52,421 bases of DNA from a virus (lineage: Duplodnaviria > Caudoviricetes): IMG/VR virus record IMGVR_UViG_3300012682_000006, positions 1-52,421 of that record; one strand, 5' to 3'. The number at the start of each line of letters is the position of its first letter. The stretch's first letter is position 1. Shown piece by piece: positions 26,830-34,726 of the stretch. Below the pieces are notes generated by a model. The model saw only the letters and a program-made list of their open reading frames with translations, was not told the origin of the DNA and did no database searches. Both the position numbers and the translations under genes were made by a program.

Positions 26830-27877
26830 GTGCCACTGCCTTGCGCCGAGCCTTGGCGGGACCCCTCGACAGTGCGGCGAACACGGTCTCGCCGATGTCC
26901 TTCGTCTGGCCGAACAGGACCTCGTCGGTGCGCAGCGTCTCGTTCTTGGCCACGCTCCCGCCCGCCCCGTAGAAGAGGCGACCCCACTCGGCCCTCTCGA
27001 CGACGGCGTTGTAGACCCCGTACTTGGTGCCCTTGACGTTGGCGAGGTTGGGGCTGTTCTCCCACACCCACTGGATCTCGCCCCGCCGGTTCTGCCACTG
27101 CGGGAACGCCTTCGTGTCCTTCTCCGGCTCGGGCCACACGGCCTTGATCGCCTGGTCGACCGTGCGAGCGGTGGCGGGCTCGGCGAGGAGTGCGTTGAAC
27201 TCCACCTGCAAGGCGTCGGTGTACTCGTATGACAACTGCAGGGTGTCCCGGACCTCGGCGATGCGCTTCGTGGCGTTCACGTTGTGGTGGATCCGCCACG
27301 TGCTCTGGGCGCTCTTGATCGAGGCGTTCAGGGTGTTGTTGCACTCGACCCGGACGGGGGATACGTGCGCTTCGAGTGAGCCGCCGCCGTGCCGGTTGAG
27401 GACGTTCAGGTACGTGGGGATGCGCTCCCCGTTCCGCTTGCCGCCGACGATGATGTCCTTGCCGAGGTTGAGCGTGGCGCCCACCGTGCGGCCCTCGTGC
27501 AGGACCCAGCCCGTGACGAACGAGGCGTCGGACGAGTCGTAGATGTTGCTGGCGAACTCGTAGAGGTCGCTGTTCTGCACGACGTGGTAGCGACCACCGA
27601 CCACGTACAGCACGGCGCCCGTGTCGATGCGCACGAGTGCGTAGAAGTCGCTCGCCTCCGGGCTGTACCCGCTGTCGAGCACGGCCACGAGGCGCCGCTT
27701 CTCGACCTGCCAGTCCGCACCGGCCAGCGTGAGCGCACGCTTCCAGTCGACGGCGTCGTCGCTGATGACGGTGGCGAACTGCCCACCGATTCCCTGCCAC
27801 CAAGGCGCTCGGTCCTGGGCGGAGAACATGGTTTGGACATCGTGGCTCACAGCGGGCACTGCCTCTCGTTCTGTCAA
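26822..27877 (-). CDS. DUF932/TIGR03299-like phage protein
   Basis: PWW..G, ADW.V.K, Y.VVQN, N.H.G, P.RV.C.NTL, GT.YG.YNAV.E. Confidence 0.85.
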   Translation of the reverse strand: MTEREAVPAVSHDVQTMFSAQDRAPWWQGIGGQFATVISDDAVDWKRALTLAGADWQVEKRRLVAVLDSGYSPEASDFYALVRIDTGAVLYVVGGRYHVVQNSDLYEFASNIYDSSDASFVTGWVLHEGRTVGATLNLGKDIIVGGKRNGERIPTYLNVLNRHGGGSLEAHVSPVRVECNNTLNASIKSAQSTWRIHHNVNATKRIAEVRDTLQLSYEYTDALQVEFNALLAEPATARTVDQAIKAVWPEPEKDTKAFPQWQNRRGEIQWVWENSPNLANVKGTKYGVYNAVVERAEWGRLFYGAGGSVAKNETLRTDEVLFGQTKDIGETVFAALSRGPAKARRKAVARG

Positions 27878-28050
27878 TGGTGGGGGTAGAGCGACCGGCC
27901 CCCCTCTCCGAGCAGCGGAGTTGAGGGGCCGGGCGGCTCACTTCTTGGCCTTCGGCTTGCGGGCCGGGTGGGGGCCACGGTTCACGCTCGGGCGCCGAAC
28001 CGGGCGCTCCTGGTAGGAAAGCAGGGACGAGGACGAGACGGGGGCGGGCA

Positions 28051-28308
28051 TCAGATCTGGTCCGCTCGGAGCGGGGTGACCGTACCGTTCACGAAGACCG
28101 TGATGACGAGGTGCACAGCCGGGTCGACGACGGCGACCACGCCGTTGCGGATGAACTTCCACTGGCCCGGGTGCTGGTGCGACTCGTACGTGACCTGGGG
28201 GTCGTGCGCAGCGGCGAGGATGTCGGCGGGAGCAAAGCCCTTCGCCTGCGCCTGCTTCAGGCAGTGGCGGGAGAGGGTGTAGCGGTCGGCGGGGGCGATG
28301 GCGGGCAT
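28051..28308 (-). CDS. DUF4258-like small protein
   Basis: LSRH...Q...G....I...VVD....VITV; AGGAG RBS. Confidence 0.6.
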   Translation of the reverse strand: MPAIAPADRYTLSRHCLKQAQAKGFAPADILAAAHDPQVTYESHQHPGQWKFIRNGVVAVVDPAVHLVITVFVNGTVTPLRADQI

Positions 28309-28436
28309 GCGAGGCTCCTGGGCTGGTTTGTGGTGGCTTTCTGAAGTGTACAGCGCTCGTGACTTGCGTGTCGACCTTACGGCTTGGCGTGACACCCCGA
28401 CCCTAAGGCGGGTGGAAGATCTGAACGCTCATTGTG

Positions 28437-28706
28437 TCAGACCTCCGCCTGGCCCGGGCGGATGACGGGCGCCTGCGAGAACGAGCCGAACGGCAGCGCC
28501 CACTCGGAGGGCTTGCCCGACCTGTCGGAGACCTTGATCCCGACCCGGAAGGCACCGTGGTCAGGGTTGCCGTGCTGGCGGAGGGTGACGAACTTGTGGG
28601 TGCGGTGGACGACGTCGAACGTCCAGCAGAAGTCGCCGGGGCCGGTGTCGACGATCGTGCCGACGATGAAGGCGGTGGCGACGGTGCGAGGCTGGGTGGT
28701 GGGCAT
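28437..28706 (-). CDS. hypothetical protein
   Basis: TACAGT 7 nt before ATG (leaderless pattern). Confidence 0.65.
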   Translation of the reverse strand: MPTTQPRTVATAFIVGTIVDTGPGDFCWTFDVVHRTHKFVTLRQHGNPDHGAFRVGIKVSDRSGKPSEWALPFGSFSQAPVIRPGQAEV

Positions 28707-28743
28707 GGGTGTAACTGTACACCCCTCAACACTTGGCCGCAAG

Positions 28744-28935
28744 TCAGCCGAGGATGTCCTGCAACCGCACGTCTGCGAGACGGCTGCCGGGCACCACCTG
28801 CTGGGCTGCGTACGTGGCCCGCATGGTCGCCTCGCAGATGTCGAAGGCCGGGATCTGAACGGTCACGTCCTCGATGATGTACAGCCCGCCGGGGCGCAGG
28901 GCGGAGAGCGTGACCACCATGAGGAACACGACCAA
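28744..28935 (-). CDS. hypothetical protein
   Basis: fills gap after helicase. Confidence 0.5.
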   Translation of the reverse strand: MVVFLMVVTLSALRPGGLYIIEDVTVQIPAFDICEATMRATYAAQQVVPGSRLADVRLQDILG

Positions 28936-28937
28936 CG

Positions 28938-31277
28938 TCAGACACTCGTGGCGTCGAGGAACTCGGTCAGGGTGGTGGCGTCCAACTTCAACTCGCCCTG
29001 CTTGTCGATGCCCCGCCCGTCCATGACGGCGCTGGCGATCGAGCGCTTGCGCTCCAGCATCTCGTACTGGCGCTCCTCAATCGAGCCCCGCATCATCATG
29101 TTGATCAGGGTGACGGACTCGAACTCGGTCGAGAGCCGGATGATCCGTGCGTTGCGCTGGTCCATCTTCCCGGCGCTCCACGGGAGGTCGTAGTTGATGA
29201 GGTAGTTGGCGTTCGGGAGGTCGAGACCCGTGCCCCCGGCGTCGCTCGACAGGAACAGCCTGCAGTTGTGTACAACTACACTCTCAGCAAGAAAGATCCC
29301 GGATGACGTGTGGAGGTTATAGACGTGAAGGGAAGAGACAGCACTGTCGACGCTGAGGACCTCATCGCCGACTACCTCGAAGGAGCCACAGTCGCCGACC
29401 TCATGGCAAAGCACTCCGCCGGGTTCCGTAAGGTCCAGCGCCTGTTGACCGAGAGCGGTATCGAGATCAGGCCCCGGTCGAGTTACGCCACCGACATGAG
29501 AAACGCTCACGCCGCTGCCCGAGGGCGTGTAATGGGTGAGTCCACGAAGGTGAAGCGGGCTGCGACCGTCGAACGTCTGGCGCAAGGGCGTCTCCCCACC
29601 AGCGTTGGAGAGCGGGACTTCATCAACCTTGTCACTCCCCTGCTTTCCGAACAGCCGATCCCTCAGAAGATGATCCACTACTACAACGTCGACTTCGCTT
29701 TGGAAAGCCCCCGCATCGCCGTGGAAGTCACCGGGTTTGGTGGATCGACTCGTGCTCGATCCAACCGCCAAAGCCGCATCGAAGAGTTGCTCCGCCGTGA
29801 GTGGTGCGTCCTGGAAGTCATGGCCCGTAGAAGCCCGGTCACCCCTGCGCTGGCGGAATACCTCATCACCTGGACGAAGGTCCGATGCGGGCAGCCACCC
29901 TCGCCGAGTGAGCACCGGGTGGTTTGCGGTAACGGAGAGCCCTACCCCCGACGCCGTAGCCGCCGTGACCACCTCCCCCTGGTACAGCGCACGGGTGACC
30001 GCTAGGAGATCCCCGACCGACTCGACGTAGGTAGACCCCACCACGCACTCGGGGTCGGTGTCGAAGGTCTGCTTCGCTGCGTCCTTCTGCTTGGCGTTCA
30101 TGTCGCCCGTGTAGATCACGCTCTTGGTGAGGGCGGACGTGGCGTCCTTCAAGAGCCCGAGCGTGCTCTTGAAGAACGAGAACAGCACGACCTTGTTGCG
30201 TGGATCGGCCGACAGGATGTCCTCGATCAACTCCAACGTGGCTTCCATCTTCGGCGCCTGCAGGGTTGCCTTCAGCACGCCCGCCGCCTTCAGTTCGCTG
30301 GCGTACTTCGAGCCGGTCGTGAGCGTGTCGTCGTCGAACGCCTTGGCGCTGAGGCGAAGGAGTTCCGGGTGATCACACAGCATGCGCAGGCACGTGAGCC
30401 TGGCCATGATCTTCCCCTGCTGCTGCATCTCCTCCTTGCTCCGGCCCTCGCCCGAGTAGTGCTTGTAGACGTCGAACGATCCCGACACGACGTTGGCGAG
30501 TTCGACCTGCAAGTCCTTGGCGATCTTGCGGTAGAGCGTGCGGCCGGGCGTGTCAAACGAAACGAGCACCACCTCCTCGGACACCTTCGGCATCTGGTCC
30601 CGGACGTCAGGGTCCTGCCGGGTCTTGCGCACCATGGCGGCAGAGACCTTCTTGTGCAGGGTCGGGAGGTTCTTGTAGCGCAGCACGGCGCCGTACCCGT
30701 TGCGCACGATGAACGACATGTCGAAGATGTCGAAGCGCCCGAGCACGACGGGGTCAACCCACTCCATGACAGAGAACAACTCCTCGGGCACGTTCTCCAC
30801 AGGCTGGCCGCTCAGGCCCCACTGGTAGCGGGCTCGCATCTTCTTGATGCGCTTGGTCCGCAGGGACTTGAAGCCCTTGATGGCGGTGACCTCGTCGCAC
30901 ACGATGAAGTCCCGAGGCAGGTCCCGCACGATCGCCCAATCGTTGACGACCTGCTCGTAGTTCATGATCGTGTACTCGATCTCGCCGTTCAGAACCTGCT
31001 GGTACAGGGCCTTGCGCTTCTCGGGGCCGCCGTCGATCACGAGCGAGATGGCGCCGTCGGTGAACTTGGCGATCTGTCGCTCCCACTGGTACTTCAGGGT
31101 CGCTGGCACGATGATGAGACCGCCCCCAACCTCACCAGACTCGATGAGGCGCTCAACTGCAGCAATCGTCAGGATTGTCTTCCCTAGCCCCATGTGAAAC
31201 GCCACGAGCAGGCGCTTCTGATTGACCATGCGGTCGACCGCTTCTTCTTGGAACGGACGCAGTTCACCGAGGAACAT
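28938..31277 (-). CDS. SNF2-family helicase, intein-containing
   Basis: MGLGKT, CDE, LSGQPVEN, SSDAGGTGLDL, QRNARI.R. Confidence 0.95.
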   Translation of the reverse strand: MFLGELRPFQEEAVDRMVNQKRLLVAFHMGLGKTILTIAAVERLIESGEVGGGLIIVPATLKYQWERQIAKFTDGAISLVIDGGPEKRKALYQQVLNGEIEYTIMNYEQVVNDWAIVRDLPRDFIVCDEVTAIKGFKSLRTKRIKKMRARYQWGLSGQPVENVPEELFSVMEWVDPVVLGRFDIFDMSFIVRNGYGAVLRYKNLPTLHKKVSAAMVRKTRQDPDVRDQMPKVSEEVVLVSFDTPGRTLYRKIAKDLQVELANVVSGSFDVYKHYSGEGRSKEEMQQQGKIMARLTCLRMLCDHPELLRLSAKAFDDDTLTTGSKYASELKAAGVLKATLQAPKMEATLELIEDILSADPRNKVVLFSFFKSTLGLLKDATSALTKSVIYTGDMNAKQKDAAKQTFDTDPECVVGSTYVESVGDLLAVTRALYQGEVVTAATASGVGLSVTANHPVLTRRGWLPASDLRPGDEVFRQRRGDRASTGHDFQDAPLTAEQLFDAALAVGSSTSRSTKPGDFHGDAGAFQSEVDVVVVDHLLRDRLFGKQGSDKVDEVPLSNAGGETPLRQTFDGRSPLHLRGLTHYTPSGSGVSVSHVGGVTRPGPDLDTALGQQALDLTEPGGVLCHEVGDCGSFEVVGDEVLSVDSAVSSLHVYNLHTSSGIFLAESVVVHNCRLFLSSDAGGTGLDLPNANYLINYDLPWSAGKMDQRNARIIRLSTEFESVTLINMMMRGSIEERQYEMLERKRSIASAVMDGRGIDKQGELKLDATTLTEFLDATSV
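29265..30047 (-). mobile_element. intein (261 aa) in SNF2 helicase
   Basis: starts CVVGST, block B TANHPV, block F VYNL, ends VHN followed by Cys; removal gives FDTDPE/CRLFLSSDAGG. Confidence 0.92.
29325..30005 (+). CDS. antisense HTH/NUMOD3-like/DUF559-Vsr-like endonuclease nested in the intein
   Basis: GGAGGT 7 nt before GTG; YLEGATV..L...VQRLL..SGIEIR, GRVMGESTKVK, S..E...PQ....YNVDFA....IAVEV.G...L...W.VL.V. Confidence 0.8.
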   Translation: MKGRDSTVDAEDLIADYLEGATVADLMAKHSAGFRKVQRLLTESGIEIRPRSSYATDMRNAHAAARGRVMGESTKVKRAATVERLAQGRLPTSVGERDFINLVTPLLSEQPIPQKMIHYYNVDFALESPRIAVEVTGFGGSTRARSNRQSRIEELLRREWCVLEVMARRSPVTPALAEYLITWTKVRCGQPPSPSEHRVVCGNGEPYPRRRSRRDHLPLVQRTGDR

Positions 31278-31401
31278 CGGGCTCCAGCGGGAACTCGGTG
31301 TGGCACTTCCTGCACTCACGCCATCCGGGCGTCTCATCGTCTCCGGGAAACTGCACGACGAGATCGAGATGGCACTGCGGGCACTGCTTCAGCGGGGTCA
31401 T
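31264..31401 (-). CDS. small Zn-ribbon protein (45 aa)
   Basis: CPQC...CRKC; TGATG coupling. Confidence 0.55.
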   Translation of the reverse strand: MTPLKQCPQCHLDLVVQFPGDDETPGWRECRKCHTEFPLEPDVPR

Positions 31402-32390
31402 CACGCACTCCAGAGGACGGCGGGGATGGCGGTGTCGATGGCGTGGTGGATCTGGTCGTCGGTCATGTCACCTGGGTCCTTCACGTCGAGGGCTGCGTAG
31501 TCGAGCACCGAGATGTTCAAGCGCTTGGCCCAGTTGATGCCCTGCTTCGGCTTGCCACGTCGATCATACGAGACGCCCGTCAAGATCTCCTGGGTCCGCT
31601 TCTTCCCGGCGGAGTCGTTGTCGAGCGCCAGCACGAGGCGGTCCGTGTGGGTGATGACCAACTTCATCTGCTCCTCGCTCACGACCACGCCGAATGACGA
31701 GACGCCGTTGGGCACGCCAGCCGTGTGCAGGCGCACGACGTCGAGCGGGGACTCCACAAGCACGAGCGGGGCGCCCGGCTCCGCCTGGTCGAGGCCGAAC
31801 AGACAGTGGCTCTTCTTGATCTTGATGGGCCGGTTGCGGACGTAACCCTTGCGCTTCACCTGATAGCCCACGAGAGCCCCCTGTGGTGCCCGTACAGGGA
31901 GGATCCACGAGGAATCGCTCTGGTCCCACACCACGTCGTAGCGACGGCAGGAGGCGAGGCTGAGCGACCTCTCCTGGAGTTGTGCTGCAGGTGGGTCGCC
32001 GTAGACGTCGAGGGCGTCCTCGCTGAACGTGCGCACTGCCTCGGGCTCGGTACTGGCGGGGGCCGCCAGGTACTGGATGATCTTCTCCAGGTCGACGCCG
32101 AAGCCCCGGATGAACCGGTTGGCCTCGAACACGTCCCGGCCCGTGACGTCGAGCACGAGCCCGAGCAAATTGCCCTTGTACCCGCAGGAGAAGCACGAGT
32201 GCAGGCCCGTGTCGGTGTTGATCGACCACGACGCCTTGCTGTCCTTGTGGTTGGGGCTCGGGCACAGCGCCCACGTCTCCTCCTCATCGGAGAGGCGTGT
32301 GTCGATGTCGAGGGCGAGCGACTCCAGCAGGCCCTCCATGTCGGCGGGGATGACGAGCGCAGGCCTAGAGGTCTCCGGCGTCGTACGCAT
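31401..32390 (-). CDS. DNA primase (CHC2 Zn finger + TOPRIM)
   Basis: CP...H...CFSC; VESPLD; LDND; KDPG. Confidence 0.9.
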   Translation of the reverse strand: MRTTPETSRPALVIPADMEGLLESLALDIDTRLSDEEETWALCPSPNHKDSKASWSINTDTGLHSCFSCGYKGNLLGLVLDVTGRDVFEANRFIRGFGVDLEKIIQYLAAPASTEPEAVRTFSEDALDVYGDPPAAQLQERSLSLASCRRYDVVWDQSDSSWILPVRAPQGALVGYQVKRKGYVRNRPIKIKKSHCLFGLDQAEPGAPLVLVESPLDVVRLHTAGVPNGVSSFGVVVSEEQMKLVITHTDRLVLALDNDSAGKKRTQEILTGVSYDRRGKPKQGINWAKRLNISVLDYAALDVKDPGDMTDDQIHHAIDTAIPAVLWSA

Positions 32391-33627
32391 CGGGCGCCTC
32401 CATCTCGTCCTCTTCGCTCTCGTCGAACGAGCCCGTCTCCCAGTCGAACCTGATGAAGAACGAGTGCCCGCTCGGCGCAGCACGGGCGGCGACAATGTTC
32501 AACTTCGCCACGTTCATCATCTCCGGCGCCATCGACTCGACGCCGAGGATCACGTCCGAGTCCTGAGCGAACGAGGATGAGTAGCCGATCGTGTCGGCCG
32601 TGATGCCCCGCTTCTTCGAATGCTTCCACGACAGGCCCTGCGTGGTGATGAGGACCGGGCGCTGGATGCGCTGCGCCATCCGCTTGAGCGAGCGGGTGAT
32701 GGACGTGAGCGCTTGCGGTGAGCCCGGCTCGACACCTGGGATCTCGGACTCCATGAGGTACGCACCGTCGACCACGATCAGGTCCGGCTGGTACTCCTCC
32801 GCCTTGGCCGCCAGCCCGCTGACCGTGGTGGCGGACTGGATATCGGACGACAGCACGAACGGGGGCAGCGACTCCTGCAACTTGTACGCCTTCTCCAGCG
32901 CACGCTCGTCCCGAGGCGTCATCTTCCCGTGGATCAGGCGCTGGTAGTTGATGCCCGCCCGCATGCCATCGTGGCGTGCCTCCTGCTCATCGTTGCTCAT
33001 CTCGAAGCCCACGAACAGCACGCTCTTGCCCTGCGTGTGTGCGTGCACGGCGATGGCGAGGGCGATCGTGCTCTTGCCCGCCTTGGGCAGCCCGACGAGC
33101 GTGATCAACTGCTCGTTCTGCAAGCCGCCCGTAGCCAGGTCGATCGAGGGGAAGCCGGTCGGGATCCCGTGCAGGCCAGGGTTGTCTCGCATGATCCGGT
33201 AGCGCTCCAGTCGGGTCTCACCCGTCTCCACGAGGTTCGTGTCCCGCAGGACCGACACCTCCGTCCCGATCTTCAGCAGCCCATCCGTCAGGTGCTTGAC
33301 GGCCTCGTCCGTCTCGCCCGCCTGCACCGCCTGCGCTGACGCCTGCAGGGTCTCGGTCATGAGGGCGTGCTTGCGGCGGTCCCGCATCTCGTCGAGGTAG
33401 TAGGCGTACGGCTCGCTCGTGTCAATGAGCGAGTACGAGGCGAACTCTTGCTTCAACGCCTTGGACGTCGGGCACTCGCCGTACCTAGCGTAGTACTCGC
33501 CAACCCACAGGAAGACCTTGCGGTGCTCCTCGTCCTGGAAGAAGTCGACCGTGATCTTGGCCTCGAAGAGAGGCTTCAGATCCTGTTCCCGGACGGCCTT
33601 GCTGATGAGGTTGCGCTCGACGTCCAC
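32365..33627 (-). CDS. dnaB: DnaB-like replicative helicase
   Basis: GIPTGF..ID..TGG, GLPKAGKS, EMS, VVDG.YLM, QDSD. Confidence 0.92.
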   Translation of the reverse strand: MDVERNLISKAVREQDLKPLFEAKITVDFFQDEEHRKVFLWVGEYYARYGECPTSKALKQEFASYSLIDTSEPYAYYLDEMRDRRKHALMTETLQASAQAVQAGETDEAVKHLTDGLLKIGTEVSVLRDTNLVETGETRLERYRIMRDNPGLHGIPTGFPSIDLATGGLQNEQLITLVGLPKAGKSTIALAIAVHAHTQGKSVLFVGFEMSNDEQEARHDGMRAGINYQRLIHGKMTPRDERALEKAYKLQESLPPFVLSSDIQSATTVSGLAAKAEEYQPDLIVVDGAYLMESEIPGVEPGSPQALTSITRSLKRMAQRIQRPVLITTQGLSWKHSKKRGITADTIGYSSSFAQDSDVILGVESMAPEMMNVAKLNIVAARAAPSGHSFFIRFDWETGSFDESEEDEMEAPDAYDAGDL

Positions 33628-34073
33628 TAGGCGAACGGGTTGAACGTCGAGGGGTCCGACACGTGGCGGCCCCTGTTGCCCCACGAGAACCTGCGCTCGG
33701 GGTCTGCGTCGAACACGGCAGCGACGCTCGGCATAAACGACAACTCCTGCGCCAGCAGGGGCACGGTGGTAGCGAAGACGCTGCTGACAGGGAGGGCAAG
33801 GTGGTCCATCCGCTTGCCGATCTCCTCGGCGAAGTCGGGGTCCTTGAACGTCACGATGTCGAAGCGGTAGTGGTGGCGCCAGGCCAGGTCCCACAGGCGC
33901 TTCGTGGTGTGCGGGTCGAACCGCCAGCAGCGGGCGGCGTGCTTGTGGCGGCCGAGGCGTTCGAGCACCGCTGCCTTCGCCCTGGCCTCCTTGTCCGGGA
34001 GGGTGGCGATGAGGCCCTCGAACACGAAGAGGAACCTGTCCGGTGTCTCGTTGGAGATGTCGTTGCCTTGCAC
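33627..34073 (-). CDS. hypothetical protein
   Basis: coupled to dnaB, GC3 bias. Confidence 0.7.
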   Translation of the reverse strand: MQGNDISNETPDRFLFVFEGLIATLPDKEARAKAAVLERLGRHKHAARCWRFDPHTTKRLWDLAWRHHYRFDIVTFKDPDFAEEIGKRMDHLALPVSSVFATTVPLLAQELSFMPSVAAVFDADPERRFSWGNRGRHVSDPSTFNPFA

Positions 34074-34105
34074 GTGCTACCCCTGTCCGTGGGTGGGTCG
34101 ATGGT

Positions 34106-34726
34106 CTAGCGCTTGCGGCGGCGTGCGTCCACGCCGTCGACAGCAACGTGCTCGCACGCCTCGTAGATGAAGGACCCCATCGACTCGCTGTAGGTCTTGG
34201 CCCACAAGTCGATGGGCGTGTTGGTGGTCATGATCGTCGGCAGGCCCTTGTCAAACCGGTACCGGAGCAGGAGATCGAACTCGTCCTCGGCGAACCGGGT
34301 GGTGGTGGTGTGCTCCTTGCCGACGTCGTCGACCATGAGGAAGTCGATGTCGTTGCGCAGCATGCGCTGGTACTTGCGGCGGTCGTTCCAGTCGTCGAAG
34401 GCCTCGACGTCGCCCATCTTCTCCCACGCCGACTTCAGGTTGATGTTGTCGATGAGCATCTGCACGTAGCCAGCAAGCGTCAGGTAGTGGACCTTGTGGC
34501 CCAGGCTCAGCGCCTCGTTGAGCACGATGCAACCGAGCATCGTCTTGCCAACCCCCGGGGGACCAACGAGGAGGAGGCCCCGCCCGTCCTCATGGTGCTC
34601 GCACATCTGCTCGGCGTAGGCGGCGACGAGCCCCTTCGACTCGCCGTCGCCTCGACCGGACGTCCCGTAGTCCGCCAGCGTCTTGCCCTGGAAGCGCTTC
34701 GGGATCCGGTGCTGGTCGGTGCTCAC
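34106..34726 (-). CDS. DnaC/IstB-like ATPase (helicase loader)
   Basis: GPPGVGKT, MVDDVGKE, R....PTIMTTN. Confidence 0.9.
   Translation of the reverse strand: MSTDQHRIPKRFQGKTLADYGTSGRGDGESKGLVAAYAEQMCEHHEDGRGLLLVGPPGVGKTMLGCIVLNEALSLGHKVHYLTLAGYVQMLIDNINLKSAWEKMGDVEAFDDWNDRRKYQRMLRNDIDFLMVDDVGKEHTTTTRFAEDEFDLLLRYRFDKGLPTIMTTNTPIDLWAKTYSESMGSFIYEACEHVAVDGVDARRRKR

Noticed and set aside
27893-27933. GC-rich hairpin before the DUF932 gene as an ncRNA
   Set aside because: Single stem with no family features; may be a terminator or chance pairing.
20779-27941. Same-strand alternative-frame ORFs (20779..22239, 26583..27941)
   Set aside because: Arg/Pro/Gly-rich off-frame readings of polA and the DUF932 gene.
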